NCBI RefSeq assembly: GCF_009914755.1
Contig: NC_060928.1
DNA: 64,000 nucleotides
Direction: 5' to 3' (one strand)
DNA from: the human T2T-CHM13v2.0 reference genome, Homo sapiens
Numbering within the stretch: the first letter of the stretch is position 1; the number at the start of each line of letters is the position of its first letter. The position numbers and the translations under genes are program-made. The notes under the pieces are model-generated. The model saw only the letters and a program-made list of their open reading frames with translations, did no database searches and was not told the DNA's origin. Below are positions 25,379 through 41,464 of this stretch, piece after piece.

Positions 25379-25799
25379 TAGTTTACTCTTAAATAACATG
25401 AAGGTTAACAGTGCTGACCCCTCACACAAATAAAATTCCACATAGAAGTTTGACTCCTCGGAAATTTAACTACTAATAGCCTACAGTTGACGGGAAGTCT
25501 TATCAATAACATTAACAGTCAATTGACACATATTTTGTATATGTATTAAATACTATATTCTTAACAATAGAGAACATATTTTTAAGAAAAGCATAAGAAA
25601 GAGAAAATAGATTTACTATCCATTAAATGCAAGTGGATCATCATAAAGGCCTTCATCCTTGTCATCTTCACATTGAGTAGGCTGAGGAGGAGGAAGAGGA
25701 GGGGTTGGTCTTGCTGTTTTAGGGGTAGCAGAGGTGGAGGAAAATCTGCATATAAGTGAATCTGTGTAGTTCAAATCCATGTTGTTCAAGGGTCAACTA
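25379..25799 (-). mobile_element. Tigger2a-like (TcMar-Tigger) non-autonomous DNA transposon
   Basis: TIR gttgttcaagggtcaact at right and a decayed TIR at left; internal gtggatcatcataaaggccttcatccttgtcatcttcacattgagtaggctgaggaggagg. Confidence 0.85.
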
Positions 25800-26131
25800 T
25801 ATACATATATAATTGGTTAATACATATGAATAGAATAATATATATACACAACATATATGAATAGAATATATATCAATACATAGATACATATCAATAATAT
25901 ACATGAACAGAATAATATATGTAATTTAAAATATATTAAATTATATTCCTTTGTCACTGATCAATTTCTAGTCTTTTTTTTACATAGCATGGAAATGGAT
26001 GATGAGCTAACATTTGTACATACATGAGTATGGTTCAGAAGCTTTTTCTAAAATGTGGGGGTAGTCATCAAATACTGTCCTCAGGTCAGAACTTCAGATG
26101 AACTTCCAAGACAACAAAAAAGTCCCATCTA

Positions 26132-26440
<309 letters not shown>

Positions 26441-26914
26441 GTCCCATTTTACCCTGCTATATATTTATATATACATTAAACACCTAATAGAAAGCTTTAG
26501 GCATAGGAGGTACAAGACCTTGGTCCTCCAAGGATTCCATTTCTGATGGTTTGGCATCACTATCAAGGCTACAGGACACATAACGACTCCCCTCATATCA
26601 TCATTATTCGGCCTCATATTTAAAAATGGGGCTGAAGTGAAGATGCTATTTGCTTAGTCTTCTATGTCTCACAGTGGCCTAAAGACCATAAAGCAACACA
26701 GCTTGAGCTTTCTACTTCAGCAATATAAATTAGAAACCTGAGGCCAGAGACATGACCAACTTTGGATAAAAGCTATTTCCAGGGTTTAGATAATTTGGTT
26801 GTAAAAGAACACAATAATAAAAAAATGCTTTATTATATAACGTATGATTTGTAGTTTATGAAATAAGATAAAATAGATTTAAATATATATTATTTATTTA
26901 ATATAAACGAGACT

Positions 26915-27119
26915 GTATAGTTGTTAATTTCATGTGTCAACTAGGCCACGGGATGACCAGAGTATGAGTACGCTTCTGAATAAGATAAGTATTTGAATCC
27001 ATGAACTCAGTAAAATAGTGATGTTGGCAGGCACCGTCCAATCTATTAAGGGAACAAAAATAGAACATATTGGAGGAAACAATGCTTTGTCTCCTCCCTG
27101 CCTGCCTGAGCTGAGACAT
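26915..27119 (+). mobile_element. MLT2 (C/D-like) LTR 5' part
   Basis: gttaatttcatgtgtcaact...atttgaatc...ccaatc...aatagaaca...gagctgagacat. Confidence 0.75.
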
Positions 27120-27124
27120 CATTC

Positions 27125-28315
<1,191 letters not shown>

Positions 28316-28319
28316 AATT

Positions 28320-28920
28320 CTCTTCAATCATAGAATCTGAGATCTCAGGTGATGCTTAGTCTTCTGCAATCAAGTCTATAAATGACTATGTATGGTTCAA
28401 TGTCCAACTGACTAAAATGACATTTCTTTTCCCCACTTGTACTCAATATTCAATATGTTCAGTGGTGGAACAAGGATGGATAACTTCAATAAACACCTTC
28501 ATTCAGAAAGAGGAAGAATGAGTGGTATGTGGTTGTCACTAGGGAAACATTGTGCTGGCCCCTGCTCTGGGGTCAGGGAGGAGGGGTGTTTTCTTGATCT
28601 AACTCTGATTCTGTTGTGATTGAGGAACTCCTTCATCCACAGTTCTCCTTGGCCCTTGAGGAGGATATCTATCTAAAGTAGGTATTGAGGAACATGCCCT
28701 CTATGAAGGCTCTTAAATCTTTGAAGCTGCATTCTACACATGAAAATTTGGAGCTCCAATGTTTGCATTGATTCCATCAATCAAAGACTTTCTAAACTAA
28801 TGTTGTGTTTTTTGAGGGGAAATCAATTGCCTTAAATACTCAGTGAACTTCTAATTTTTTTCTTCTAGTCAGTTCCATGTTCTGTGAGCCAGTAACCACA
28901 CTGAAATTGTTTCCTAGACA
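28320..28920 (-). mobile_element. Possible MaLR internal (MLT1-int) remnant
   Basis: gtggtggaacaaggatggataac...cattcagaaagaggaagaa resembles MLT1-int. Confidence 0.35.
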
Positions 28921-29268
28921 CAGTAAGAAATGGCATTTTAAAAGATTTTGAAGAATAAATCCCAGTAAAAGGTCTTTATTTAATGAAATGACTCAGGAGA
29001 AATCAAATTAAGGGTGTGGTCCTCCCATTCAAGCCAGTTAAGTTCAAGGTAGCCAACATTAAGTTGAAAGAGAGAGGTGTAGAGAGAAGAAATCAAATAA
29101 ATAAGGCCAACATGAGATTTAATTAACTCCAGCTGCCTTAACAAAAGTTTTTTTTGCCTAAAATAGCTCCCTCTCTTTCTTCCAACTTGTTTTGTAGGAG
29201 TACCCTTCTCAACACGCTTGCCAAACACACAATTGTTAGTTGTTTGTTTGTTTCTCACATGGTAAGAA

Positions 29269-29398
29269 CCCATTTATGCCTAGTGTTCCATTACTGGAAC
29301 CCTAAGCATGTGGGAGTTATTTACATCCTACTGCTCAAGGTCATCGCCAAAGTCTGATTAAAAAAATTCAAAAAATTACAACCTCAAGTATAAATGGG
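29269..29398 (+). mobile_element. MER85 (piggyBac-derived MITE)
   Basis: CCCATTTATGCC...GTTCCATTACTGGAAC...AAGGTCATCGCC...ATAAATGGG followed by TTAA. Confidence 0.92.
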
Positions 29399-29874
29399 TT
29401 AAATACACATCGGCTAATCAAATATGTCAGAAGTAGCAACTTTGAGAGCCTTTTGTTTTGTTTTATCATGGTTGAAAGTTGGCTGCCACAAATCTAAGAA
29501 CATCTATACTCATGGAAGGAATGGGCAGAAGATGTGATATCAGCCATATGTTCCTTTTATCTGGAAGTCATTCAACATTACCATCCAGTATGTACTACTT
29601 TGCCTGTGCTCTCTTTACGGGTTTGAGTTGGGCAAACTGTTAAATGTCTAAGCTTGAAAGAAGTAAGCCCTATTAATTAAAATATCACAATCAGAGTAAA
29701 AGATGCATAATATTTAATATTAAAACAAATCTTGTAGTGTTGTAAAAAATGAAAAATTGGGAACATTAAACAAATTGCCTTACCTTGCAATATGGAATAA
29801 GGCAAATAATTTGTAACTTGGAAAAAAATCTTGGACAAACTAATTTCTTTCTAAATCTTCTATGAGTTCTTCAA

Positions 29875-30082
29875 ATGTCAGCTCAGGCAGACAGGCAGGA
29901 GGGGACAAAATATTCCTTCCTCTGATATGTTCTATTTTTGTTCCCTCCATAGATTGGGTGGTGCCCACCAACATCACTACTAAGTCCTTGGATTCAAATG
30001 TTTATGTTATTCAGAAGTACACTCACAGACACATCCAGAAATTATGTTTACTCTGGTCATCCCATGGCCTAGTTAAATCATG
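29875..30082 (-). mobile_element. MLT2 LTR 5' part, inverted relative to 26931-27119
   Basis: Reverse complement aligns with the 26931-27119 copy. Confidence 0.75.
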
Positions 30083-30340
30083 AGAAGACCTGAAGGAGAA
30101 GGGAGGAGGAGAAAGCTTTCCAAGCAGAGGCAACAGCTGGTACAAATGCACTGGGCAGAAACGTGTTAGGCTTATTGAAGGAATGGAAAGGCCAATGTGG
30201 CTAAAACAGAGTGAACAAGGCAGAAAATGCCAAAAGATGATCGGAACAGTAGGTAGAGTCCAGAAAAATTATGCAGTGGCCTTGTACACCACAGGAAGAA
30301 CTTTGAGCTTTGAAAGATGGAAGCCATTGGAGAGTTATAA
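30083..30340 (-). mobile_element. L2 fragment
   Basis: ttccaagcagaggcaacagc...aggccaatgtggct...ggaagccattggagagtt. Confidence 0.65.
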
Positions 30341-30683
30341 TCATAACCATAGTGCTGTCTTTAATTGGCCTAAAGAATGGACTCTTGGAATAACTTACAA
30401 ACTTAGGGGCTAAGAAACTATGTCAAGGATTACCTCGATTCATATGAATGAAAGGTTACACTGATACCAGCTAAGGAAAGCATGCCATGATGGAGGCCTG
30501 GAACACATACAAAACTCAGCTTTTCTAACCACTGCAGTAACTGTAGCAACATCAGGCAAATGCTAAGGTAAGCAAAACACAATAAAAAGAGATTAAAGGA
30601 AGAAGCCAAACATGCCAGTTCTACATTACCAATAATAATTGTTATGTACATTTTAGTATATCACAGCCTACAAAGAACCCATG

Positions 30684-30830
30684 TTATCTCACTTGATCCT
30701 TTACAGTCTCCCAGTGAGGAAAGCTAAGAAGAGATTATCCCCATCTTACAGATGAATCAAGATTCAAGGCCACACAACCAAGGGTAAAATGCAGATCTTC
30801 TGATTGTAGTCCCTTGTTCCTCTTATTAAA
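30684..30830 (-). mobile_element. MIR
   Basis: ttatctcacttgatcct...attatccccatcttacagatga...aaggccacaca. Confidence 0.6.
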
Positions 30831-32644
30831 TCATATTACATAACCAAATCCTAAATAAACTACTCCCAAAACATATGGAAAGTTACGGCACATGTGGAAA
30901 GTTATTTAGAAACTCACTGGAGGCAACTCACTAAAAAGCCTTATATTCATCTTCATGGGGCACCAAGTAGGGTTATGGTGTTTTGTGATTCAGGAATGAA
31001 CATGCCCTTCAGAAGGGGATATGACAAATCTTGACCACCTGGCTTCATAAGGTTTCTGACCTCAACAGATATGAAAGAAAGAATTCCACATCACTTTACT
31101 GCACAAATTTGATCTTAGAACTGCAACTTAAATTTCAAAAGCAGTCTCTTTACTTATTCATCCAGCAAAGTTTTTAATGGATTGTCTTGCGATTCTTGGG
31201 AAACTTGGGAAATAACTATTGACAAACACTGCTGACAATAACTCTCCTGTTATTCTTGTGTGTTCTCCATTTTCTTTTACATTTTCCTCAACAGAATGGA
31301 ACTATATGAGCAATAACCTTAAAATTATCAAAATAATAGACCTGTAGGAAACAAATATATCCACTGCATTTATATATAACTGAATATTGTACATAAAAGT
31401 TTATAAAGAAAATGCCAGAAACACACAGAAAATAGCTTCATTGAATCAGCAGAGCCTTTATCATAGATTATAATAACCCCTTCCTAGAATGCTCAGGTTA
31501 TTTATAAGGCAATTCCTAGGACAGTTTTTTCTCTGAAAAACTATTTATTTAGTAGCTACATCTTGGCAATGAGGTGCTTTGAAATGCTGAGAGTACAAAC
31601 TTTCCACACACTTGAATATATTCAATCAACTATTTAGTCATAATAATATGTTGTGAGAGAATTTATATTCTATATAGGTATAAATTTATTATGTGTGTTT
31701 AAAGCAATAAATCTTAAAATAATTGTTTTGTATTTTATGACAGATTATTTGATTCATAACCTGATAACCTAGTGTAAAAATTTCAGTTTATGAATCATTG
31801 AGTTACCTTAATAATATATTCTTCAGAGTTCAGAGATACAAAGCTACAAAAATGTATTTGGATTTCTCTATAACAAATTTTGCTTCCCTAGTGGTATTTA
31901 ACCAGCCTCTGTGGAATTCACAAAATGACACGCCCATCAAATTTTTAAATTATATCCAGAAGAGCATTATGCTTGTATTATCCCTGTAGACTAGTTGCTT
32001 TTGACATGATTCAACTTGTTTTGTTTTTCTAGTGTTGAAAGGAGTGGAAAAATTGATCCGTTTAATGAACATTTCTGAAAAACATTAACACACAACAAGT
32101 GAAAAGGGACATGCTTTTAAAAGTTGAGAAGAAACAAAGCCAGCTGTTAGTGGGGGAAAATGAGTCTATTAAAAAATATGAACACAGTTTTCTTTTCACC
32201 ATAGCCTTAAAGACCACTCATGTTTCCAATCTAAGTAAGCAATAAAGGCCGCTTTGGAAAATATCTGTTCAGCAACAGCACTGATTTGAAAAATTAAGGA
32301 AATAACCTCCTGTAAAAGGGAATATAAGGAGAGTAACTAACCACATTAATAATAATTATTATCACCACCTAGAAGTCTGATGTGTAAGGTACCATGTGCA
32401 TGCTGCAAATTAGGTCACACAACAACTGGTAGGTCACCAGCAGCAAGCACAGTTAAGAGACCTGGTGGGAAAAACAAACAAACCAACACCTTCGAGCTCA
32501 ACACATTTGACTTTTCCCAGATGTACCACTAATTAACAGAGACTGAGACCTCCATTTATCAACTCAAAAATGGAAAAGGCAACACTAGGTGACTCCTATG
32601 GTGCTTTATCACTCATTCTACATCATAAGAAAATACACACAGAA

Positions 32645-32968
32645 GGCTGGGTGCGGTGGCTCACGCCTATAATTCCAGCACTTTGGGAAGCCGAGGTGGA
32701 TGGATCGCCTGAGGTCAAGAGTTCAAGACCAGACTGGCCAACATGGTGAAACCCCGTCTCTACAAAAATACAAAAATTAGCCAGGCATGATGGCAAGTGC
32801 CTGTAATCCCAGCTACTCAGGAGGCTTAGGCAGGAGAATCACTTGAATCAGGGATGTAGTGAGCTGAGATGGCACCATTGCACTCTCCAGCCTGGGCAAA
32901 AGAGCGAGACTCCATCTCAAAAAAAAAAAAAAAAAAGAAAAGAAAAAGAAAAAGAAAAAGAAAAGAAA
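32645..32968 (+). mobile_element. AluS (Sx/Sz-like)
   Basis: Dimeric Alu with a short right-arm deletion and A/AAAAAG tail. Confidence 0.92.
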
Positions 32969-33279
32969 AGACACACAAAAGTAAGAATAAGGACAAAATA
33001 GTGAGATACCAATTATCACAGGTAATAATTTGAAGAAATTTTTAGTTAAAAGTTAGCAAATTTCCCAGTTCCTAGCAATGCTATACCCCTACTTTATGCC
33101 TCATCTCACAATTCTTATGAAATCATTAACATTTAAGTCCCTATTTCTTTCTAGCCATGACTATTTTATCACCAGAAAATTTGTTCCCCCTCACTAGAGT
33201 ATCCAAAAACATGCTGCATTATCACCTAGCTAAGCTTTGGCAGAGGATTTGTACATCAGTAGGTAGGTGCTGGTACCTT

Positions 33280-33420
33280 CTGTGCCTTGCCTCTCTCAAT
33301 AATCCTGCACCAAAAGTGTTGCCACCCTGTAATGCAGATGCAGACACTGAAGCTCAGAAATTCACTCTGCTCATAAGCTGAGATTTAAGCCCAGTTCCTA
33401 AGATGCTACATTTTCCCCAT
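33280..33420 (-). mobile_element. MIR fragment
   Basis: tgcagatgcagacactgaagctcagaaa...gctgagatttaagcccag. Confidence 0.5.
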
Positions 33421-36400
33421 ACCATCATTTAATGCCATCACAAAAAGTAGAAAAATATTGATGAATGGAAAATATAGTTTATATTATATGTATATAAATC
33501 ACTGCATCTCCAAAAGCATTTACGAAAATCTAATTTCTAAATTTTTCAATTCACAGTAATTTGCTGCTGGGTCATCTACAGCAGCAAATGCTCCCCGATG
33601 TAATGAACCTATTTGTGTGTCTCTCTGCTCCATTGGATTGGAAGATCATCAAAGACAGGAAATGTGTACGTTTCATTTTCACATTGCCAAGCTACCACTC
33701 ACCTGGCAAATAGTAATATTCTATAAATGTGGACCTGATTTGAAACATTTAAAATACAGTTATGGGAGAAAACAAGTAATATTGAGAAGAATCTAGCCAC
33801 TGTATCAGTTTGTTTTACATACTTTCCTTTTATTACTTTTTAAAATTAATTTGTGAATCAGGAGAAAGTGCTTTATTAACTTTTCATGATAAACCATGTT
33901 GGATGAGCACCAGCATTCTCCCTGAGCAGTTTGGAAATGACTGGTCAAAGACAGAAATAGAATCTGGGTTTGATGTCCTCCCTCAAGATCTAGTCCTCCT
34001 CTGGAGAAATAACAGTGAAAGTATGCTTATTATTCTTGTTGTTGTTACTGCTGTTTGTTTGTTTGGTTTGCTTCAGTTTATTTTGCACACCATGGCGTGA
34101 GCAACTCAAACAGAGCACCAGAAATAGCTTTTCACATTTCCACTTGTTTCCTATTCTCATTCCTACTCCCACCTCAAGACGGGAGGAAAATAGTTCTTTG
34201 GCTGACTACCTAATCTCATGTCCACTGAGACACATTAGTAATTCTCAATGGGGTGACAGTAGTGAATCTGGCTGATGATAGCTGGGCTGAGCTGTTAGAT
34301 GACCTACCTGCTGATGAGCTCATCCCCAAAGCCATCATGACTCTAGCAGATGTTCAGACTTCACAGAGTTATTTCCTCCTCCTTCAATCTCCAAAGCCAA
34401 CCAGAACCCCATGGAACTCTGCTAAGCAATGTGGCACACACACAGTTAGAATACATAGAACGAGGAGAAAGACATCCAGAGGACCTGCTACTGTATTACT
34501 TCCTCACATCCAAAATCATAATCCTGTAGCTGCAAATGACTTTGTGATGGAGATACAATGCACAGCAGTGGGAGCTGTCTGCTAGAAGAAGAATGAAAAT
34601 AGAGAGAAAGATTTATGCTGAGATCAAAATATCCCTGCTTACATGAAGGGAAATTTTCATTATAGTAGATGAATCATAGTGATTCTGAGACTAGCACCCC
34701 TTCTACAGGGAAATCATTATTTAGGAAACTAGTTGTCAAAATAATTGTTACAATGTCCCTGCAACAATTATTTCTTTCTCCAGAAATAAGAAGATAACCC
34801 ACATATCCTGGGTCATAGACCCTGAATGTCTCATAGGAATTAAGGTACAATATCAGGCTTTGGTGGCATTGGATTTAAGCCTGTACACAGCTTGCCAATA
34901 TGGGTTAACACAAATCCATCACCTAGTAATAATTTTATATCACTGTGGAATTGGAATGTGTGTGCATATACATAGATACATATTTATTGTAAATTCAATC
35001 TGCAGATTGAAAACTATGTGGTAGATATCAGTGTTCAAATCTCATCTCCTCCACCCATGCACACAGACCTTATATAATCATTGTGTTGGTACTTTGCCCT
35101 GGCCCAACTAAAAATAAAGTCATATATTTTTTGTTTGACTTTTATCTTCAAAGTATATTTTTCAAATGCTCATTCAGGGTTTTCAAATCAAGGAACAATT
35201 GTTACACCATTACGATGCATGATTTAGGGATTATACAACTATGAAAATTGTATAATCTCTAGCTGAATATTTTAGTTTTGATAGATGCCACAAGTGAGAT
35301 ACAAATCAACAGTGAGATTTACTTTTAAAAACACAAGAAACTCTTCAACAGAAATCTTTAGGTAGTATCATGCTTTAGAGTTATATTTCCAATGATTTTA
35401 AGTCTTGGTTTTGTGACATCCCAGTGAGTTTCCAAATGTTTAAAGTGTGTTATAAATATTTCAAATAAGATATGCTGGGAAAATCATCCATGCCTTCTAG
35501 TGTTAAAGTGGAATATGTATGCCATAGATTCTGGTTGGGGGGAAGTTTTGCAAATTCAGACAGTTCCTGAAGGGTTAGAAACACTGGAGTGGAGACCGAG
35601 GGAATGTGTATTTTAAGTCTCCACAGCTAAAACAATAATACAAACAAAAAGCCATCAGTGGAATTGCTGCTTAGGCCAAACAAAAGTTTATTATTTTAGG
35701 TAAAAAATATTTTCAATTTTGAGTATTACTCTAAATCCATTCTCCATTTTTCTTTAAGCAGAGCAATTTCCTTTTAAGTGGAAGTAGTTGCATCTTCACA
35801 ACTATTTTAAAATGCAGTTAGATAGTAATATAATACACTACAGCTGGAAAATGAACAATCCATTTTTCCTCTTCCTAGACAGGGTCATACTGCTGAGCAT
35901 ACTCGAGTTAAGTGTGATACAGAAGTTAAGCCATAAATTCAATGAGATGGAAGACTCTGGCATCCGAGGCACACGCACGGTCCAGTGTCAGAGGGGCTTA
36001 CACTCAATTCTCTCTGTTTTACTTAAAAATTCTCAGTCCTTATTAACAAATAACCTCTCTATTAAGAAAAAAAATTATTTTATGGACCAGATAAACAAAA
36101 GACACTGTCATTTTTAAACCAAAACATATTTAAGAAATAAAATGTAAGTGAAACTAATTTGCTACATATGTTTTATACATACAGTACATAAGGGGGTTTC
36201 CCCAACGCCATATGGAAAGCATCTGAATTTGTAAGACAATGACCTTCATAAATCACTCTAGGCTCCAACTCCAAATTATGTCTTGTTCCCTCACTCATGG
36301 GATAGTCACTATATCTCATATAAATTCATTATGTTATATGTGCACAATAATCTATCTCTACCTTTATGAGGAATGATGTCATAACACATAGGCAAGGTTT

Positions 36401-38340
36401 TCGAGAAAAGGGAACAAGCTCTCTCACCAGATGGGCCAACCTATAGTACTGTTTCTCTGAACATAATATGTTTCACAATGCAGCTTATCCTTGCTGCTTG
36501 AAGGAAAAGCAAATTAATGGGGAAAGAAATGAGCAATCTGAGAACAAAATGTTTTCTGAGCCTACCTGTTTTTTTCTTTTTTTAAGGTAAATGTAAAATA
36601 AAAGTCTTACATACCTTCACATAGATTCCGTTTATGTATTTACCATTTATATCCATTAAAAAGGAATTTATATTCTGCCTAGTTATTTTTTTCTGCGTCG
36701 AATCACCAACCATGGCTCCAGCAGGGTTTTCTCTTTAATAATTGTCTTGCCATGACAAAGGTTTAAGTTAAGAGAAAGCAAGTTTTTGCCACCGGCTGAT
36801 GGAGGAGGAAAATGAAATAGGTATACTCCATCCTCCAGCCTGTTTTTCCATAGAAAGTTAATTCTTACCACCTTCTTTCCTAATTCAAACTTTCTTCAGT
36901 TTCTTTCAACCACTTTCTGCAGTTCAGCAGTACAGATTTATCTGTTCTCTTATTCACTTTTAACCACTTGAGGAAGTGAGCACTGAGTTAAAATACAACT
37001 TCTTGGTCTTTCTTCCTTAAGAACATTAAGGTTTGTAAATCCATAAGCTGAAATAAAAACAACAAAAATCATGTGCAAACCTATGTAAAGGCTACTTTTC
37101 AATCCTTTTAATTGTCTTCCTTTTTTTTTTCTACTTCTTTCTTTCTTTTACTCTAGGCTAAGGATCAAGCATGAACATAGGGGAATGAAAAGGCCAAAAC
37201 AAATACATGTTGAATGAATCAAATAAATGTTAGTGACTAGAATGAGGAGTTATTATGAGAATGACAACCTGTAGAAATTATGCCCCATCTGAAGTAGGCA
37301 GCTCTGAAAAATTGTTGCATCTCAGAACCTCCGGAGGGTTGGAGGGGAAAGGGCACTATATGGGCCAACAATGTACAGGCTGAAAAATTATGTGTACAGG
37401 CTGGTTAAGGCCTGAAAAACAAAAGTATGCAACCTTTTACCTAGAAGCTAAGAATTGCTGAAGAAAGAAAGTAGACTTGGAAATACAAGATCCAAATCAA
37501 CTCTAACTGCTATATATGCTAGATATTATTATAAATATCTGAAGATATCAATAAAGAATGGCAAAAGAGTAGGCTATAAGAGCACCAAAAACATGAGCAT
37601 CTCTATCTTTAATCATCAAATTTTGCATGAAACTATCAAGAGTTGAGTATTTCGTAGTAAATTTATAGTTGAACTTGTCTTCTACTTTTTTTAAAAAATT
37701 GTGATAAAAAGATTAAGACTCTTAGAACCACTAATTACCAAACACATTCTGAAAAGCCTGCAAACTGATATCATTAAACGTGCACACACACAAAGAATAT
37801 TAAGTGTGGGGAAGTGCCCACAACCTGATTTTTCTGTTGTAACTTTAATGCTTCCCTTAAAAAACCAAATTTCTAAAAAATAAATTTCCTTAATGCCCCT
37901 GTTTATTTGAATTACCTACTGGAAATTTCAGCACTGTTAGAAAGAAATGAGTTTGCACACAAGTGCTATACTAAATATGGTAAGGATTCTGACACTATCA
38001 TGAGGAATTTAATATAGTACCATATTCTAAATAATATCGATATTGTTTTGTGAATCCTTTTATTTTACACACTGGGCATAAAAATATAAGATCAGGCCAT
38101 TCAATAATATATACATAATATTTTCATAATACCATATTTAACTTTACTTCCAAAAATTGCCAGCACTTTTAAGCATTTGACAAAATCACTGCATCTTCCC
38201 CCACTTATGGCTCTGAGGGAGCAATAGGGTGCAGAATTATCATCATTATAAATAACTAGAAAAGCAAATAAAATGGTGAAAAAAACATTTTCAGATGTGG
38301 ACAACAATGCAGGATGTGATCCTCAGAAAAAAGAAAGAAA

Positions 38341-38772
<432 letters not shown>

Positions 38773-38989
38773 CTACAATTGCCCTGGATTTTACCTGGGG
38801 ACAATTTTTAACATAAACAAGGGAGGCAGAATGCAAACACAGCCTTCAAGACTTGCTGAGTTAAGAAGATATACATCAGTTAAGAGAGGCAAAAACAAAT
38901 AAATAAATACAATAAAATAAAAAACAAAGCCTAGAATTTGTAGAGCATAGTACTGAAGAGAGAAAAAAGTAGTTCCAAAAATCTGCATA

Positions 38990-39600
38990 AAGGTCCTCTG
39001 AGATTTTGGGTGAATAACAAGTTTGAATGCCTAGAATGAAATACTATGAAGCTAAAATGAGAATAATTTCCAGGAAGCTATAAGCTAAACAGTTTTCAAG
39101 CACACAGGGTTAATAATCATTCAGGTTCCACAATAACAGTGAGCAGATCTCATTATATATACAAATAATTGAGTAGAGACCTCTAGCAAGTATGCCTTAG
39201 TAGAGGGACTTAGCTAGCCTTAAAATAAAGGTCACGCCATACTTGCCCCAAAGAGTTTTTTAAAAAAGCTTTCAAAGGATCAACGTAAACCACAGATATC
39301 TATGTTAACTGCCTAGCAGAACAAGGTTCAGCAATCTTTAAAAACCACAACACAATCAAGCACAAAACAATGAAAACTTCACAATATGTGACATCCACAA
39401 AAAAGTTCTAAACATGCAAAAAAAAAATTCCAGGCATATGATCCAAAGAGAAAAAAAAATCAGCAGAAAAAGAAGTAGAAATGACAGAGATGACAAATTA
39501 GCAGACAACACAGTTAAAATGACTATTTTCAATGTGCATATTATGCTGACTTTTTTTAAATTAGGAAAAAAATGAAGAAAAAAATGGAACACAAAAAAGC
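38990..39600 (+). mobile_element. Ancient L1M (L1ME/L1M4-like) 5' UTR/ORF1 fragment
   Basis: ttcacaatatgtgacatccac...atgacagagatgacaaattagcagacaa...gactatt; the related ORF2 start resumes near 54200-54680. Confidence 0.6.
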
Positions 39601-39738
39601 ATTTGAAAGGAGTCAGTTCTGCAACATGAAGGAATAGAAGGCTCCAGCTATCCTTTCCCCATAGACATACTAAGTTAGCTCCTACACATGGATCAAGCCT
39701 CTTCAAGAAAAAGTCAGAACCCAGTTGAAATTCTCTGG

Positions 39739-40058
39739 GGCCAGGTGTGGTGGCTCACGTCTGTAATCCTAGCACTTTGGGAGGTGAAGGCAGGTGAATT
39801 GCTTAAGCTCAAGAGTTCAAGAATGGTCTGAGCAACATGGCAAAACACCATCTCTACAAAAAATACAAAATTAGCCAGGCATGGTAGCATGCACCCGTGG
39901 CCCCAGCTACTCAGAGGGCTGAGGCAGAAGGATCACTTGAGCCTAGGAGGTCAAGTCTGCAGTAAGCTGAAATCACACCACTGCACTTCAGCCTAGGTGA
40001 CAGACCAAGACCCTTTCTTTAAAAAAAAAAAAAAAAAGGGAAAGAAAAGAGAAAGAAA
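39739..40058 (+). mobile_element. AluJ within an older L1M 5' fragment
   Basis: ttgcttaagctcaagagttc, gagcctaggaggtcaag, agaccctttc. Confidence 0.9.
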
Positions 40059-41464
40059 GCCTCCTACACAATATATGACTGAGAAAAATTCCACGTTAAA
40101 ACAAGTAGAGAAACCACTTAACTACTAAAAACTTAAAAGTAGTGGCTGGCAAGATGGCCAAATAGGAGCACCTCCAGTCTGCAGCCCCCAGTGAGATCAA
40201 TGCAGAATACAGGTGATTTCTGCATTTCCAACTGAGGTACCAGGCTCATCTCATTGGGACTGGTTAGAGAGTGGGTGTAGCACACGGAGGGCAAGCCAAA
40301 GCAGGTTGGGGCATTGTCTCACCTGAGAAGTGCAAGAGGTTGGGGAACTCCCTCCCCTTGCCAAGGGAAGCCATGAGGAACTGTGCCTTGAGGAACAGTG
40401 CACTCCTGTCCAGATACTACACTTTTCCCACAGTCTTTGCAACTGGCAGACCAGGAGATTCCCTCCAGTGCCTATGCCTCCAGGGCCCTGGGTTTCAAGC
40501 ACAAAACTGGGCAGCCATTTGGGCAGACACTAAGCTAGCTGCAGGAGTGTATTTTCATACCCCAGTGGTGCCTGGAACACCAGTGAGACAAAACTGTTCA
40601 CTCCTCTGGAAGGGGGGATGAAGCCAGGAAGCCAAGAGGTCTAGCTCAGCGAATCCCACTCCTACAGGGCCCAGCAAGCTAAAATCCACTGGCTTCAAAT
40701 TCTCACTGCCAGCACAGCAATCTGAAGTCAACCTGGGATGCTTAAGCTTGGTCAGGGAAGGGGCGTCTGCCATTACTGAGGCTTGAGTAGGTGGTTTTCC
40801 CCTCACAGTATAAACAAAGCTGCCAGGAAGTTTATACTGGGTAGAGCCCACCACAGCTCAGCAAAGCCACTGTAGCCAGACTGCCTCTCTAGATTCCTCC
40901 TCTCTGGGCAAGGCATCTCTGAAAGAAAGGCAGCAGCCCAGTCAGGGGCTTATAGATCAAACTCCCATCTCCCTGGGACAGAGCACCTGGGGGACGGGGC
41001 AGCTGTGGGTGCAGCTTCAGCAGACTTAAACGTTCCTGCCTGCTGGCTCTGAAGAGAGCAGCAGATCTCCCAGCACAATGCTTGAACTCTGCTAAGGGAC
41101 AGACTACCTCCTCAAGTGGATCCCTGACACCCGTGCCTCCTGACTGGGAGACACCTCCCAGCAGAGGTCAACAGACACCTCATACAAGAGAGCTCTGGCT
41201 GGCATCCGGTGGGTGCCACTCTCGGACGAAGCTTCCAGAGGAAGAAACAGGCAGAAATCATTGCTGTTTTGCAGCCTCCGCTGGTGATACTCAGGCAAAC
41301 AGGGTCAGGAGTGGACCTCCAGCAGACCTACAGCAGAGGGGCCTGTTAGAAGAAAAACTAACAAACAGAAAGGAATAGCACCAACTCAATAAAAAGGACG
41401 TCCACAAAGAAACTCCATCTGAAGCTCACCAACATCAAAGATCAAAGGCGATAAATTCACAAAG

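Noticed and set aside
33810-36117. ORFs of 86-110 aa in unique DNA (33810, 34015, 34253, 35788)
   Set aside because: Non-ATG starts, no recognisable domain, and no consistent splice structure that I could support.
36560-36960. Minus-strand donor-like sites (GTG/gtaaga near 36869, AAG/gtatgt near 36614) as first exons
   Set aside because: No convincing acceptors, CpG island or promoter evidence; too weak to call.
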